From the IMG/VR virus record IMGVR_UViG_3300047300_000501, positions 10,203 to 74,202 of that record: a stretch of DNA of 64,000 nt; one strand, given 5' to 3'. Under the pieces are notes generated by a model. The model did no database searches. It was not told the DNA's origin and saw only the letters and a program-made list of their open reading frames with translations. The stretch comes from a virus. Shown here piece after piece: positions 1-9,004 of this stretch (the stretch's first letter is position 1; each line of letters starts with the position of its first letter). A program made the translations under genes and the position numbers.

Positions 1-600
1 ACACCGTATTCTTTCTCAACTACAACTTATGGAGTTAAGTGTATTTCTGGAAATACATTTATTAGACTTGCTCCAGGCAAAGGTATCGAACAAACAGATA
101 TTCTTACAGGTAAAAAATATCTTATGAATGATAATAATGAAATTATTGCAAAACAGGCAAAAGATATTCAGATTGGTGATGAAGTCATGACTGTTCAATA
201 TGCTGAAGTTGATCAGTCTTCCCCAGACTATGCAGTATTTGAGTGGAACTCTGACTCTCTTACATTTGTTTCAAATTCAACAACAACTATTACTGATATT
301 GAAGAATCCGCTAAGTTCCAAACAGTTTACATTAATGGCGACCAGTCAGCACAGTTTACTTTAGAACATCCAATTCTTACAAATAAAATCATTAATGGTG
401 TTCCTTCTTGGAAGTTTGCAATGGTAGCAGAACTTGAAGTAGGAGATATAATTGTTAAATATAACAATGAAACTGGACTATATAACAATGTAGAAATAAC
501 ATCATTAGACATAATGTCAAACTTAGACCCAGTTTATACCTTCAGTGCTGAGCCAGGTGATATAATTGTTGCAGGCGATATTATAACTCACAATAAGTAA
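1..600 (+). CDS. C-terminal part of Hint (intein-like/BIL) domain precursor, paralog of 10858..12216; truncated by left window edge
   Basis: Frame 1 is open from base 1: TPYSFSTTTYGVK-C(40..42)ISGNTFIRL...AKQAKDIQIGD...FTLEHP...VYTFSAEPGDIIVAGDIITHNK*. Motifs closely match 10858..12216. The 124 start in the ORF track is internal. Confidence 0.9.
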   Translation, partial: TPYSFSTTTYGVKCISGNTFIRLAPGKGIEQTDILTGKKYLMNDNNEIIAKQAKDIQIGDEVMTVQYAEVDQSSPDYAVFEWNSDSLTFVSNSTTTITDIEESAKFQTVYINGDQSAQFTLEHPILTNKIINGVPSWKFAMVAELEVGDIIVKYNNETGLYNNVEITSLDIMSNLDPVYTFSAEPGDIIVAGDIITHNK

Positions 601-612
601 GGGGTAATACTT

Positions 613-822
613 ATGTCAGAAAAGAAAAGGTCTGTAAAACCTTGGGACTTGCTTAACCCAAGCAAAGACCACGCAACTGATGAAGAAGCACAAAAAAGAT
701 ATGATATCTGTGATTGGTGTCCAGAATTTATTTCTTTAACTAAACAATGTAAAAAATGCGGATGTTTTATGAATTTAAAAGTTAAGTTGCAAGAAGCCTC
801 ATGTCCTTTAGGAAAATGGTAA
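613..822 (+). CDS. small Cys-rich metal-binding protein (DUF6171-like)
   Basis: RYDICDWC...QCKKCGCFM..K..L..ASCPLGKW pattern; purine-rich SD (aagggg) upstream. Confidence 0.7.
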   Translation: MSEKKRSVKPWDLLNPSKDHATDEEAQKRYDICDWCPEFISLTKQCKKCGCFMNLKVKLQEASCPLGKW

Positions 823-908
823 TGATAAAGATATTTAAAAGTATAATGTTTAGGTACAAAGAAAAAAGAAAGTATAAAAATATTAAAAGATCTAATTGGA
901 TTTACTAA
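822..908 (+). CDS. 28-aa basic microprotein (not in ORF track)
   Basis: MIKIFKSIMFRYKEKRKYKNIKRSNWIY*; TAATG stop/start overlap with both neighbouring genes. Confidence 0.6.
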   Translation: MIKIFKSIMFRYKEKRKYKNIKRSNWIY

Positions 909-1837
909 TGCTATTTGATATTTTTAAAACTGGCATTATTCCACATAATAGACCAGAAACAAAAGACAAGACAAGCGTACTTGTTACGCATGCAGAAATA
1001 GATAGGCCAGAGTACAGTTATGACTGGAATTCAGATGGCATTAGGTCTGTTGAATTTAGCACAAAGCCAAGTATTGTTGCTTTAGGATGCTCGATTACTT
1101 TGGGTCAGGGTCTTCCAGTAGAACTCAGGTGGACAGAACTTTTAGCAAAAAAACTAAACAAAACAGTAGGAAATATATCTTATAGTGGTGGATCTGCAGC
1201 ACAAGTTATTTCTAGTTTTTTTGGAATGATCGACAAATATAATTATAAGCCAGAATATGTTATTGCTAACCTTCCGCCATTTGAAAGATTTTATTTTATT
1301 GACGGTAAAGGTGAAAAAATGAAAGACTATTGGTTAGGTAATAAGCCTAGAAAAACAAAAGATCAGGCTCCTTGGGATTATGGTGCAACAATCCCATACG
1401 AGTGGGTTTATTATAATAATCTAAACCATATCAAGATGTTAGAAGTTTTTTGCAAAGCAAATGATATTAAGTTAATTTGGTCAACCTGGAGCAATGCGTT
1501 GTCTCAAGAACACGAGTCATTTTTGTTAGATAATTTTGAAGGATATGTTGTAGATACTGTTAAAAAGCAGTTTCCACCACACTTTGAGTTTTATGTTAAT
1601 CCAAAAGAAGTTGATGGGCTTTTACCATTTTATAAAATGAATAATTGGGATAATATAAAATGTCATATTAAAGAAAGCCTAGACACCCCTGACATTTTTG
1701 ATTATGCTTATGATTATCATAAAATAGGCAGGGCACCAGATAGAGATGTGACCAGAACACCACATCCAGGTGTGCATAAACATATACATTGGGCAGAGTT
1801 TTACTTTGATATAATTAAATCTATGGAGACAGAATAA
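908..1837 (+). CDS. SGNH/GDSL-like hydrolase or acyltransferase
   Basis: Block I-like ALGCSITLGQG, NISYSGGS, C-terminal PHPGVHKHIHWAE; start 908 is coupled to the upstream stop. Confidence 0.6.
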   Translation: MLFDIFKTGIIPHNRPETKDKTSVLVTHAEIDRPEYSYDWNSDGIRSVEFSTKPSIVALGCSITLGQGLPVELRWTELLAKKLNKTVGNISYSGGSAAQVISSFFGMIDKYNYKPEYVIANLPPFERFYFIDGKGEKMKDYWLGNKPRKTKDQAPWDYGATIPYEWVYYNNLNHIKMLEVFCKANDIKLIWSTWSNALSQEHESFLLDNFEGYVVDTVKKQFPPHFEFYVNPKEVDGLLPFYKMNNWDNIKCHIKESLDTPDIFDYAYDYHKIGRAPDRDVTRTPHPGVHKHIHWAEFYFDIIKSMETE

Positions 1838-2430
1838 TGGATAGGATTGAGTTGGCACCTGGAATTATGTCTTATAAAAAAGTCATAAATCAAGAAACCC
1901 CATTAGACAAACAGATAGAGTTTGCAATGAGTAAAATTGGTTTAAACTGGGAGCCAGCATATGTAAGGACAAATGGTGAAAATATGATAGATAAGAGTGC
2001 TAGGGATACAGGTAGTTTCTTTATCAACTCCTACGACCATCTTATTGACAATCACTCAACACCAATAGACTCCTTTTTTACATTATTATCTAATTTATTT
2101 TTAAATAAGTTTAAACCAATACATGAGGATTATAAGAATTATTATCAAATATCTACAAAAACACAAGAGGCTTATAGTATTCTAAAATATGGAATTGGTC
2201 AAAATTTTATTAATCATATAGACGATCTAGATAACACGAGAAAAATTTCTATGGTTTATTATATAAATGATGAATACACTGGGGGAGAAATTGTTTTTCC
2301 TAGGTTTGGTTTAAACTATAAGCCACAAGCAGATGAAATGATTATGTTTCCTTCTACATACGTCTACAATCACTCAGTTCTTCCTGTGGTTGAAGGAAAC
2401 AGGTATGCTGTAGTTAGTTGGTTAAGATGA
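1837..2430 (+). CDS. 2OG-Fe(II) oxygenase, prolyl 4-hydroxylase-like
   Basis: HID, RKISMVYYINDEYTGGEIVF, FPS.Y.YNHSVLPV..GNRYAVVSW (HxD...H...R). Confidence 0.9.
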   Translation: MDRIELAPGIMSYKKVINQETPLDKQIEFAMSKIGLNWEPAYVRTNGENMIDKSARDTGSFFINSYDHLIDNHSTPIDSFFTLLSNLFLNKFKPIHEDYKNYYQISTKTQEAYSILKYGIGQNFINHIDDLDNTRKISMVYYINDEYTGGEIVFPRFGLNYKPQADEMIMFPSTYVYNHSVLPVVEGNRYAVVSWLR

Positions 2431-4049
2431 TAGATACTTTATCTTGTCGCTCAATTCATCAAGAAAAGTTTTTAGATTATGAATTTGATACTGTATGTAT
2501 TAATAACTTTACTATAAAAAATGATGATGGACCAATAATAAATGTACCTGGAGAAACTTATTTGTTTCATACAGATGCTGCCTTTGGTCACTCATTAATG
2601 GATATTTATGCACAGTTTAAAATTTTACAGTTAAAATATAAAAAGATAAAGCCATTTTTTTATGAAACACATGATAGAAGATTTAATCAAAATAAAATAA
2701 CAATAGATCAAATGAGTTCTCTTGGATATGAAAATCCAACGGTTTTCAATATTTCAGTTGGAAATTATTCTTTTGAAAAAGTTATAATGTTTTTTGATAT
2801 GAATCTTACATTTCCACAAGAGTTTTACTCAAACAACGGTGCTACAAGATCACTGTTCTATTTTCCTTTTTGTGACTGTCCAGTGGGATCATTACCATCT
2901 AATCTACCGTGTGGCCAAAGTGAGCACTTTAAGTATAACTACTTAGCAATAGATATTCTAAAGCAAAGTTTTAAAGAATTTTTTAGTGATAGTAAAACAG
3001 AAAATATTTTTGTTTCAAGAGAAAGATATAATAAAAGACATAAGGAGCAAATTGAACTTTATTCCAATAAAGAGTCTTTATCAGACAAAGAGAAGGAATG
3101 GTATTGGTTTGCTAAATGGAGATATTCTGAAAAAGATGAGTACATACAACAAATGTTTAAAGACAGCGGGTATACCATTATCTACCCAGAAGATCATAGC
3201 CTAATAGAACAAATAAAGATATTTAGTTCTGCAAAAAATATTGCAGGGCTTTCTGGCACTTGGTTGTTTAATTCTTTTTGGGGAAACAAAGAAACTAATG
3301 TGTTTGAAATTTCAGCAGTTCCAAATCACAGATATCATTATAAACAGTTTGCAGACTATGCTGGGGTAAATCATTCTTATATTAATGTTGTTGGATTGTC
3401 AGAAGAAGAAACAAAAACCGTCATTCAGGAAAGTATTGATAAAATGCATAAAGATACCTCACCAATTATAGTTCCAGTAATTAATTTTGACCTTATTCAG
3501 CAAGCAATTGATGAAAAGAGAATTCATATATTTAAAAATGTTTTTCCAAAATTGCCATCATTGGATTCAATCATGTCTATGGTTTCTCAGTTTGTTGATG
3601 AAGACCTAGAAAAATTTCCAGATAGATCATATCTGTTAAGTGATTTTGTTGAAGGTGAGTCTTCTGATATGAGGCTTAAGTGTAGATTTTGGTCAAGGCT
3701 TGCACTTCAACTTTACGATCCAGAAGATAAATATTTATCAATTATTCCAGAACTGCTTCCAGTAACTGAATGGGGCCTTTCTCAATATTCCGCAGAAGTC
3801 TATGATGGAAACTTTGCACTAGTCTCACTTATGAAGAACCGTGGGGTAGTTGGAAGTAAACATAGCGACTATGTAGATCAATTTCAGTGGGTAGTTAAGG
3901 GAGAGATGATCTGGCGCACAGGTGAAACTCTAGAAAACGAGTATCATGTTGTAGAGGGTGACTTTATCTTTATACCAAAAAACTTGGTTCATGAGGTTGA
4001 AACCATCAAGGCACCAAGAGTAGCAATTAATTTAATTTTAAGAAACTAA
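2427..4049 (+). CDS. GT61 (DUF563)-like glycosyltransferase fused to C-terminal JmjC/cupin hydroxylase
   Basis: N-part: FGHSLMD, IFVSRER, PEDHSLIEQIKIFSSAKNIAGLSG..LFN. C-part: KHSDYVDQFQWVVKGEMIWR...GDFIFIPKNLVHEVET. ATGA overlap at 2427. Confidence 0.75.
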   Translation: MIDTLSCRSIHQEKFLDYEFDTVCINNFTIKNDDGPIINVPGETYLFHTDAAFGHSLMDIYAQFKILQLKYKKIKPFFYETHDRRFNQNKITIDQMSSLGYENPTVFNISVGNYSFEKVIMFFDMNLTFPQEFYSNNGATRSLFYFPFCDCPVGSLPSNLPCGQSEHFKYNYLAIDILKQSFKEFFSDSKTENIFVSRERYNKRHKEQIELYSNKESLSDKEKEWYWFAKWRYSEKDEYIQQMFKDSGYTIIYPEDHSLIEQIKIFSSAKNIAGLSGTWLFNSFWGNKETNVFEISAVPNHRYHYKQFADYAGVNHSYINVVGLSEEETKTVIQESIDKMHKDTSPIIVPVINFDLIQQAIDEKRIHIFKNVFPKLPSLDSIMSMVSQFVDEDLEKFPDRSYLLSDFVEGESSDMRLKCRFWSRLALQLYDPEDKYLSIIPELLPVTEWGLSQYSAEVYDGNFALVSLMKNRGVVGSKHSDYVDQFQWVVKGEMIWRTGETLENEYHVVEGDFIFIPKNLVHEVETIKAPRVAINLILRN

Positions 4050-4095
4050 AAGGCACCCACAATAATATTTCTACTACCATAGGTGCCTTTAGTTT
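4045..4095 (-). terminator. intrinsic terminator between convergent genes
   Basis: Minus-strand RNA AAAGGCACCUAUGGUAGUA-GAAA-UAUUAUUGUGGGUGCCUUUU; the outer stem also forms on the + strand followed by a T-rich tract. Confidence 0.8.
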
Positions 4096-4659
4096 TTACT
4101 TAGGAAATTTATTCATCAATCTTTTGGTTTTTGGTGTCAATCCATGCCAAGAGGACCAATCTTCTCCACCGTTGGACATATGAAAAGCAACCTGTGCATT
4201 AATTACAGGGTTAAAAAGGTCCTGGTTATCACTTAGTTCAAACTTCTCAATACGATCTGGCCCAAGATCTCTAATCATATTGATCTGAAATAGTCCATAA
4301 GACTTATCCCCAGTCTTACCATTACCATTAAAAGCATAAGGTCTTCCATTAGACTCTTTCTTTGCTACTGCCCAAGCCTCAACTAGGTTCTTTCCACGAA
4401 ACCCTACCTGAAATAGCAAGTCTTTGAGTTCTAGATCTGTTAAAGAATCCTTACTAACGTATTTTGATAGTTTATATATATTAGCAGTCTTAGAAACCAA
4501 AAAAGCCCCAGAAGGGGCTGCCACGGGCTGGACCTGTTCACTCGTTTTAGTTTCAGGCTTAACAGTTGTAGCGTTAGCATTATTTGAAAAAACGGCAAAA
4601 ATGCCAGTGACCGTAAGTATTCCGATGATTACTTGTTCCTTAAATTTCTCGTTCATCAT
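4096..4659 (-). CDS. lysozyme-like / lytic transglycosylase (SLT-type) with N-terminal signal/anchor
   Basis: AVAKKESNG (catalytic Glu), DKSYGLFQIN, LFNPVINAQVA, DWSSW; hydrophobic N-terminus; SD aaggagg before ATG 4659. Confidence 0.85.
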   Translation of the reverse strand: MMNEKFKEQVIIGILTVTGIFAVFSNNANATTVKPETKTSEQVQPVAAPSGAFLVSKTANIYKLSKYVSKDSLTDLELKDLLFQVGFRGKNLVEAWAVAKKESNGRPYAFNGNGKTGDKSYGLFQINMIRDLGPDRIEKFELSDNQDLFNPVINAQVAFHMSNGGEDWSSWHGLTPKTKRLMNKFPK

Positions 4660-4707
4660 AGTTTCCTCCTTAGAAAACAATAACACCTTGGTAGGTGTCT
4701 AGTATTA

Positions 4708-4716
4708 AGTATAACA
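4708..4716 (-). promoter_or_regulatory. extended -10 promoter of the transglycosylase gene
   Basis: TGTTATACT on the minus strand. Confidence 0.55.
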
Positions 4717-4756
4717 TAATTTTACCCACTTTTAACCCAAAAGTCAAATTTAGGCG

Positions 4757-4765
4757 TGGTATAAT
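4757..4765 (+). promoter_or_regulatory. extended -10 promoter
   Basis: TGGTATAAT, 9 nt before ATG 4775. Confidence 0.6.
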
Positions 4766-4774
4766 TAATTTATT

Positions 4775-5281
4775 ATGGCAACAACTAATGATGGCGTATT
4801 TAATCTACCATTCCCAGAGTCAACTGATCCTGTTAATGTACATGGTGACATAAAAGCACTTGCAGATAGACTTAAGATTGTTTTGCCACCACTTGGCATT
4901 TCTGCTTTTCAAATTTCTGTAATTAATAATAGCGGAGAAACTTTGCCAGCAGGAACTCCAGTTTATGCTGTTGGATATACAACAAAAACAACGGTAGATA
5001 AAGCATTACCAACTACTCCTGCCCCAATCTTAGGATTATTAAAGCAAAGCCTTACAAATGGATCAGAAGGCATTTGTGTTGTTGCAGGAGTAATGGAAAA
5101 TATTAATACCTCTGCTTTTGATAATGGAGATGTTCTATACGTTGGTTCTGAGGGCGGATTGTCAAATCTTGCAACACATGGTGCAGTTGGTATAGTTGCA
5201 CATGCAGCAGTAGATGGAATTATTATTGTAGAGGCAAAGGGAAACGGCACTTGGGGAGCACTCAAGGCTGGATTGTCCTAA
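4775..5281 (+). CDS. putative virion structural protein
   Basis: Gly-rich beta-type sequence (NNSGETLPAGTPVY, GDVLYVGSEGGL) at the start of the fibre module. Confidence 0.5.
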   Translation: MATTNDGVFNLPFPESTDPVNVHGDIKALADRLKIVLPPLGISAFQISVINNSGETLPAGTPVYAVGYTTKTTVDKALPTTPAPILGLLKQSLTNGSEGICVVAGVMENINTSAFDNGDVLYVGSEGGLSNLATHGAVGIVAHAAVDGIIIVEAKGNGTWGALKAGLS

Positions 5282-5285
5282 TGAA

Positions 5286-5294
5286 TGGTATAAT
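5286..5294 (+). promoter_or_regulatory. extended -10 promoter, leaderless
   Basis: TGGTATAAT + 6 nt + ATG 5301, no SD. Confidence 0.65.
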
Positions 5295-5300
5295 CTAATT

Positions 5301-5705
5301 ATGGCAATAACTCGTGGAGCATCTGGTCGGTATGATATTGGCAATAAGCCACCAACAGTTCTTTGGACTGTGGTTCGTGGTGACACTTCTGGTTTTAAAG
5401 TCTATGCAACAGATGATGCAAAAGATCCACTAAACATTCCTGACTGGACAATCTCAATGAAGATAAAGCGTCCAAACAACTCTGCAGATTTAGGAACTAT
5501 TACAGATGATGCTACGTTAGTTTTGACATTAACACCAGTAGCAGATGAAGATGATTTAATTGGTGAGTTTACTGTATGGCTTACTGCAGAAGAATCTGTA
5601 CAACTTGAAACAGGAGACATCTTTGACATCCAACTCTCAGATGCTACAAGAGTCTGGACAGTTTGCCAGGGTAGCATGAAGATTCTTGAAGATGTAACAG
5701 ACTAA
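5301..5705 (+). CDS. putative virion/baseplate-associated Ig-like protein
   Basis: VRGDT..F...FDIQLSD...VWTVCQG pattern; fibre-module context. Confidence 0.45.
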   Translation: MAITRGASGRYDIGNKPPTVLWTVVRGDTSGFKVYATDDAKDPLNIPDWTISMKIKRPNNSADLGTITDDATLVLTLTPVADEDDLIGEFTVWLTAEESVQLETGDIFDIQLSDATRVWTVCQGSMKILEDVTD

Positions 5706-5929
5706 TGGCAACAGCCACAATCATAGATACAAAAAATACTAAAGTCTCAAATATTAAAACTATTGACTATCCCATAGTCAAGGTAAAAGACTTTACTAGA
5801 AATGTTAAGATTTCAGAAGTCCTTCCTTTTCGTGTTAAGTTTACCTCTATTCAAATAGAAAAGATTGGTTTGGGCAATACTCCACCAATTCCATTACAGG
5901 TTATTGGCTATAGTAACTATATTCTTTAA
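5705..5929 (+). CDS. hypothetical protein
   Basis: TAATG-coupled ORF, 74 aa. Confidence 0.6.
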   Translation: MATATIIDTKNTKVSNIKTIDYPIVKVKDFTRNVKISEVLPFRVKFTSIQIEKIGLGNTPPIPLQVIGYSNYIL

Positions 5930-5948
5930 TTAAATTACTTAAAATATA

Positions 5949-5957
5949 TGTTATAAT
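5949..5957 (+). promoter_or_regulatory. extended -10 promoter, leaderless
   Basis: TGTTATAAT + 6 nt + ATG 5964. Confidence 0.65.
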
Positions 5958-5963
5958 TACAAC

Positions 5964-6410
5964 ATGTCTAAGATATCAATTCCAGGAGTAAAGAGTCTTT
6001 TCCAATCAGGAGATAGACCTTCTCAAGAAAATTACGAAGATCTAATCGATACCCTATCAGCACAAGCAACAGACCTTGGCTCTGCGGGTAACAATGAAAA
6101 TACAATCAATGGTATTGAGAATGCAACCGTTATTGATAACTTTGATGCTACAGTTTGGCGCATGGTTAAGTATATTGTTTCAATATCAAAGACCACAGCA
6201 GGGGACAATAAGTTCTACGCAACTGAAATGACAATTCTTGTTGATGGTACAAATGTATCAGTCAGCGAGTATGGAACAATCGACAATGATGGGAATATTG
6301 GCACCATTAATGTCTCTCGCACTGGAAATACCGTGGCTTTAACAGTCACTCCAGATCCTGCGATCAAGCCAGTCACTGTACGTTTCGCACGTATGGGACT
6401 TAAGGCATAA
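5964..6410 (+). CDS. putative tail fibre-associated structural protein
   Basis: Shares a domain (KY.V....TE....VDG..V.V.EYGTI) with the C-terminus of 6430..8454. Confidence 0.55.
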   Translation: MSKISIPGVKSLFQSGDRPSQENYEDLIDTLSAQATDLGSAGNNENTINGIENATVIDNFDATVWRMVKYIVSISKTTAGDNKFYATEMTILVDGTNVSVSEYGTIDNDGNIGTINVSRTGNTVALTVTPDPAIKPVTVRFARMGLKA

Positions 6411-6429
6411 TTAAAAAGGAGATATAAAA

Positions 6430-8454
6430 ATGGCAACAGTAAATAAAGATTTTAAAATTAAGAGTGGTCTTATCGTTGAAGGTACAACAGCAACAGTTAA
6501 TGGTTATGACATTCTTACAAAGAAGCCAGCAGACGATCAATATATTATTGATCTCATTGGCGGAGAAACACTCGTAAAGTCAGTTTCAACTGAATTTGAC
6601 GTAAGTGTTGCTGGAGAACTTTCAATTGATCGTACTGTAGTAGATGCTTACTACGATGCAGCAGGTTCTGCTACAACAGCAGAAAATAATGCAAAGTCAT
6701 ACGCAGATGGACTTGCTTCAAACTATGACCCAGCAGGTTCAGCAACTAATGCATACAATGATGCAGTAACAGCAGCAAACTCTTACACAGACGGAGAAGT
6801 TGCAGATGAGGTTATTGCACGTGATGCAGCAATTCTTCTTGCTAAGCAAGATGCTATTGCAGATGCAGCATCAGATGCAACAACTAAGGCAAATGCAGCA
6901 GAGCAAAATGCAAAAAATTATACAGATGGTGAAATCTTAACAGAAATCACAAATCGTAACAATGCAATTGCAACTGCAAAGTCAGAAGCAATTTCAACAG
7001 CAGAAGGTTACACTGATGGCGAAATCACAGCACTTGAAGGTCGTTCACAGACTTATGCAGACAATGCAGCAACAACTGCAGAAAATAATGCTAAGGCATA
7101 TGCAGATGGACTTTCATCTGGTCTTAACTGGAAGGCAGCAGTAAACGTACTTGCTACAGCAAACGTTGCTCTAACTGGTTCAACACCACTTTCAATTGAT
7201 AACCATACAGTATCTGACGGATACCGTGTACTCTTGAAGGGACAATCAACAGATGCTGAAAACGGTATCTACGAGATGTCTATCTCTGGTGGTTCTTATA
7301 CACTTTCTCGTCCAGCAGATGCAGATGCATCAGCAGAACTTATTGGTGCAGCAGTATTCGTAATGGAAGGCGACAACTATGCTTCAACAGCGTGGGTACA
7401 GGCTGACCACTACCTTACAACTTTTGCGGGACAGGATTGGACACAGTTCTCAGGACAAGGAACATATCTTGCTGGAAATGGTCTAACACTTAACGGCACA
7501 ACTTTTGAAATTGACACAGCAGTAACAGAGACAGTTACTGGTTCTCAGGCAAAGGCAGATGCAGCAGAAACAGCAGCAAATGCTTACACAGATGGCCGTG
7601 AGACAGCAATCACAACTGCTTATCAGGGATATGCTGATCAAGCAGAAGCAGATGCAGTTTCAACTGCTAACGCACACACAGATGCTAGAGAAATTGCAAT
7701 TACAACTGCTTATGAGAACTATGCTGATGGCGTAGCCCTTACTGCAGAACAAAATGCTAATGTCTACACAGATGGAAAGATCACTGATGAAATTGCAGAT
7801 CGCAATCTTGCAATCACAAATGCAGTCAATGCACTATCTACATCAGATATTGAAGAAGGTGTAAACGAATACTTTACAGATTCTCGTGCTAAGACTTCAG
7901 CAGCAGATCTTTTGACTGGTGCAAACCTTACAAATATTACAATCACAGGTACAGGTGCAGGTCTTACTATTACCGCAGAAAACGGTGTAGCAGATTCTAC
8001 AACTGATGATCTTACAGAAGGTACAGGAAACCTATACTTCCAAGAGTACCGTGCACTTGATGCAATCTCTAATGCTGCTCAAATTGCTCCACAAGCAATT
8101 GATATCACATGGGTTCGTCGTGAAGAAGCAGCCTACTCATCAGTAGCAACAGCATCAAAGACTACCTGTCACTCAGCAACAACATCTGAAGGAAGCATGA
8201 AGTACCTTGTTCGTGTAACTGCAAATGTTGGAGGAACTCAGCACTCACATGTAACTGAAGTTCTTGCAACAGTTGATGGTTCACATGGTGTGGCAGTTGT
8301 TGAGTATGGAACAATCTATACTTCAGAAAATCCATTAGCAACAGTAACTGTTGAATGGAATGCTGTATCATCTACATACGATCTAAATGTTACAACAGCA
8401 AACAATAACTCAGAAGTTTTGGTTGCAGCAACATTAATCGCAGTACAAGACTAA
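6430..8454 (+). CDS. tail fibre protein
   Basis: Ala-rich A..Y[AT]DG coiled-coil repeats; WKAAV..ATANVALTG...RVLLKGQ...ENGIY fibre module; T.D..EG..YF repeats. Confidence 0.75.
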   Translation: MATVNKDFKIKSGLIVEGTTATVNGYDILTKKPADDQYIIDLIGGETLVKSVSTEFDVSVAGELSIDRTVVDAYYDAAGSATTAENNAKSYADGLASNYDPAGSATNAYNDAVTAANSYTDGEVADEVIARDAAILLAKQDAIADAASDATTKANAAEQNAKNYTDGEILTEITNRNNAIATAKSEAISTAEGYTDGEITALEGRSQTYADNAATTAENNAKAYADGLSSGLNWKAAVNVLATANVALTGSTPLSIDNHTVSDGYRVLLKGQSTDAENGIYEMSISGGSYTLSRPADADASAELIGAAVFVMEGDNYASTAWVQADHYLTTFAGQDWTQFSGQGTYLAGNGLTLNGTTFEIDTAVTETVTGSQAKADAAETAANAYTDGRETAITTAYQGYADQAEADAVSTANAHTDAREIAITTAYENYADGVALTAEQNANVYTDGKITDEIADRNLAITNAVNALSTSDIEEGVNEYFTDSRAKTSAADLLTGANLTNITITGTGAGLTITAENGVADSTTDDLTEGTGNLYFQEYRALDAISNAAQIAPQAIDITWVRREEAAYSSVATASKTTCHSATTSEGSMKYLVRVTANVGGTQHSHVTEVLATVDGSHGVAVVEYGTIYTSENPLATVTVEWNAVSSTYDLNVTTANNNSEVLVAATLIAVQD

Positions 8455-8493
8455 GTTATAAAAAATAAAAATGGTTGGAAGAAGGAGTAGTAA

Positions 8494-8949
8494 ATGGCAA
8501 CAGTAGAAAAAGACTTCAAGGTCAAGAATGGCTTAGTCGTAACTAACGGCGGTACATTCGGAGATGCAGTAACAGTAGGAGCACCAACTCTTGCAGGGCA
8601 TGCAGCAACTAAGGAGTATGTAGATTCCTTAACGGGATCTATGGCTGTAGGCACAACTGCTCCTTCTTCACCAACTAATGGTACACAATGGTTAGATACT
8701 CTAACAAATAGAGTTAACTTCTACTACGAAGGATCATGGTACACACAGGCTACAATTGATGATACATTGAATCTGCCACAGCACATTCACGATACAGCAA
8801 TTGATGGTACAGGGTTTATTGTAACTACTTTCCGTGAAGGTGGAAGTTTTAATAGCCCACAAGGAACTGCAGTTGATGGCGGGGGACCAAGTACAACAAC
8901 TTTTGACCTCACTCTTGACGGTGGTTCTGCAGTAGATAATTTCAATTAA
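8494..8949 (+). CDS. tail fibre-associated protein
   Basis: N-terminus shared with 6430 (MATV.KDFK.K.GL.V); HAATKEYVD, APSSPTNGTQWLDT, DGG motifs. Confidence 0.6.
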   Translation: MATVEKDFKVKNGLVVTNGGTFGDAVTVGAPTLAGHAATKEYVDSLTGSMAVGTTAPSSPTNGTQWLDTLTNRVNFYYEGSWYTQATIDDTLNLPQHIHDTAIDGTGFIVTTFREGGSFNSPQGTAVDGGGPSTTTFDLTLDGGSAVDNFN

Positions 8950-8955
8950 AATTGA

Positions 8956-8964
8956 TGTTATAAT
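8956..8964 (+). promoter_or_regulatory. extended -10 promoter
   Basis: TGTTATAAT upstream of SD aaggag and ATG 9005. Confidence 0.55.
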
Positions 8965-9004
8965 GAGATAAGTAAATGGGCAGCCCCCATAAGGAGAATA
9001 TAAA

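Noticed and set aside
124-600. Stand-alone 158-aa protein starting at 124
   Set aside because: The frame is open to base 1 and includes the catalytic Cys at 40-42, so Met at 124 is internal.
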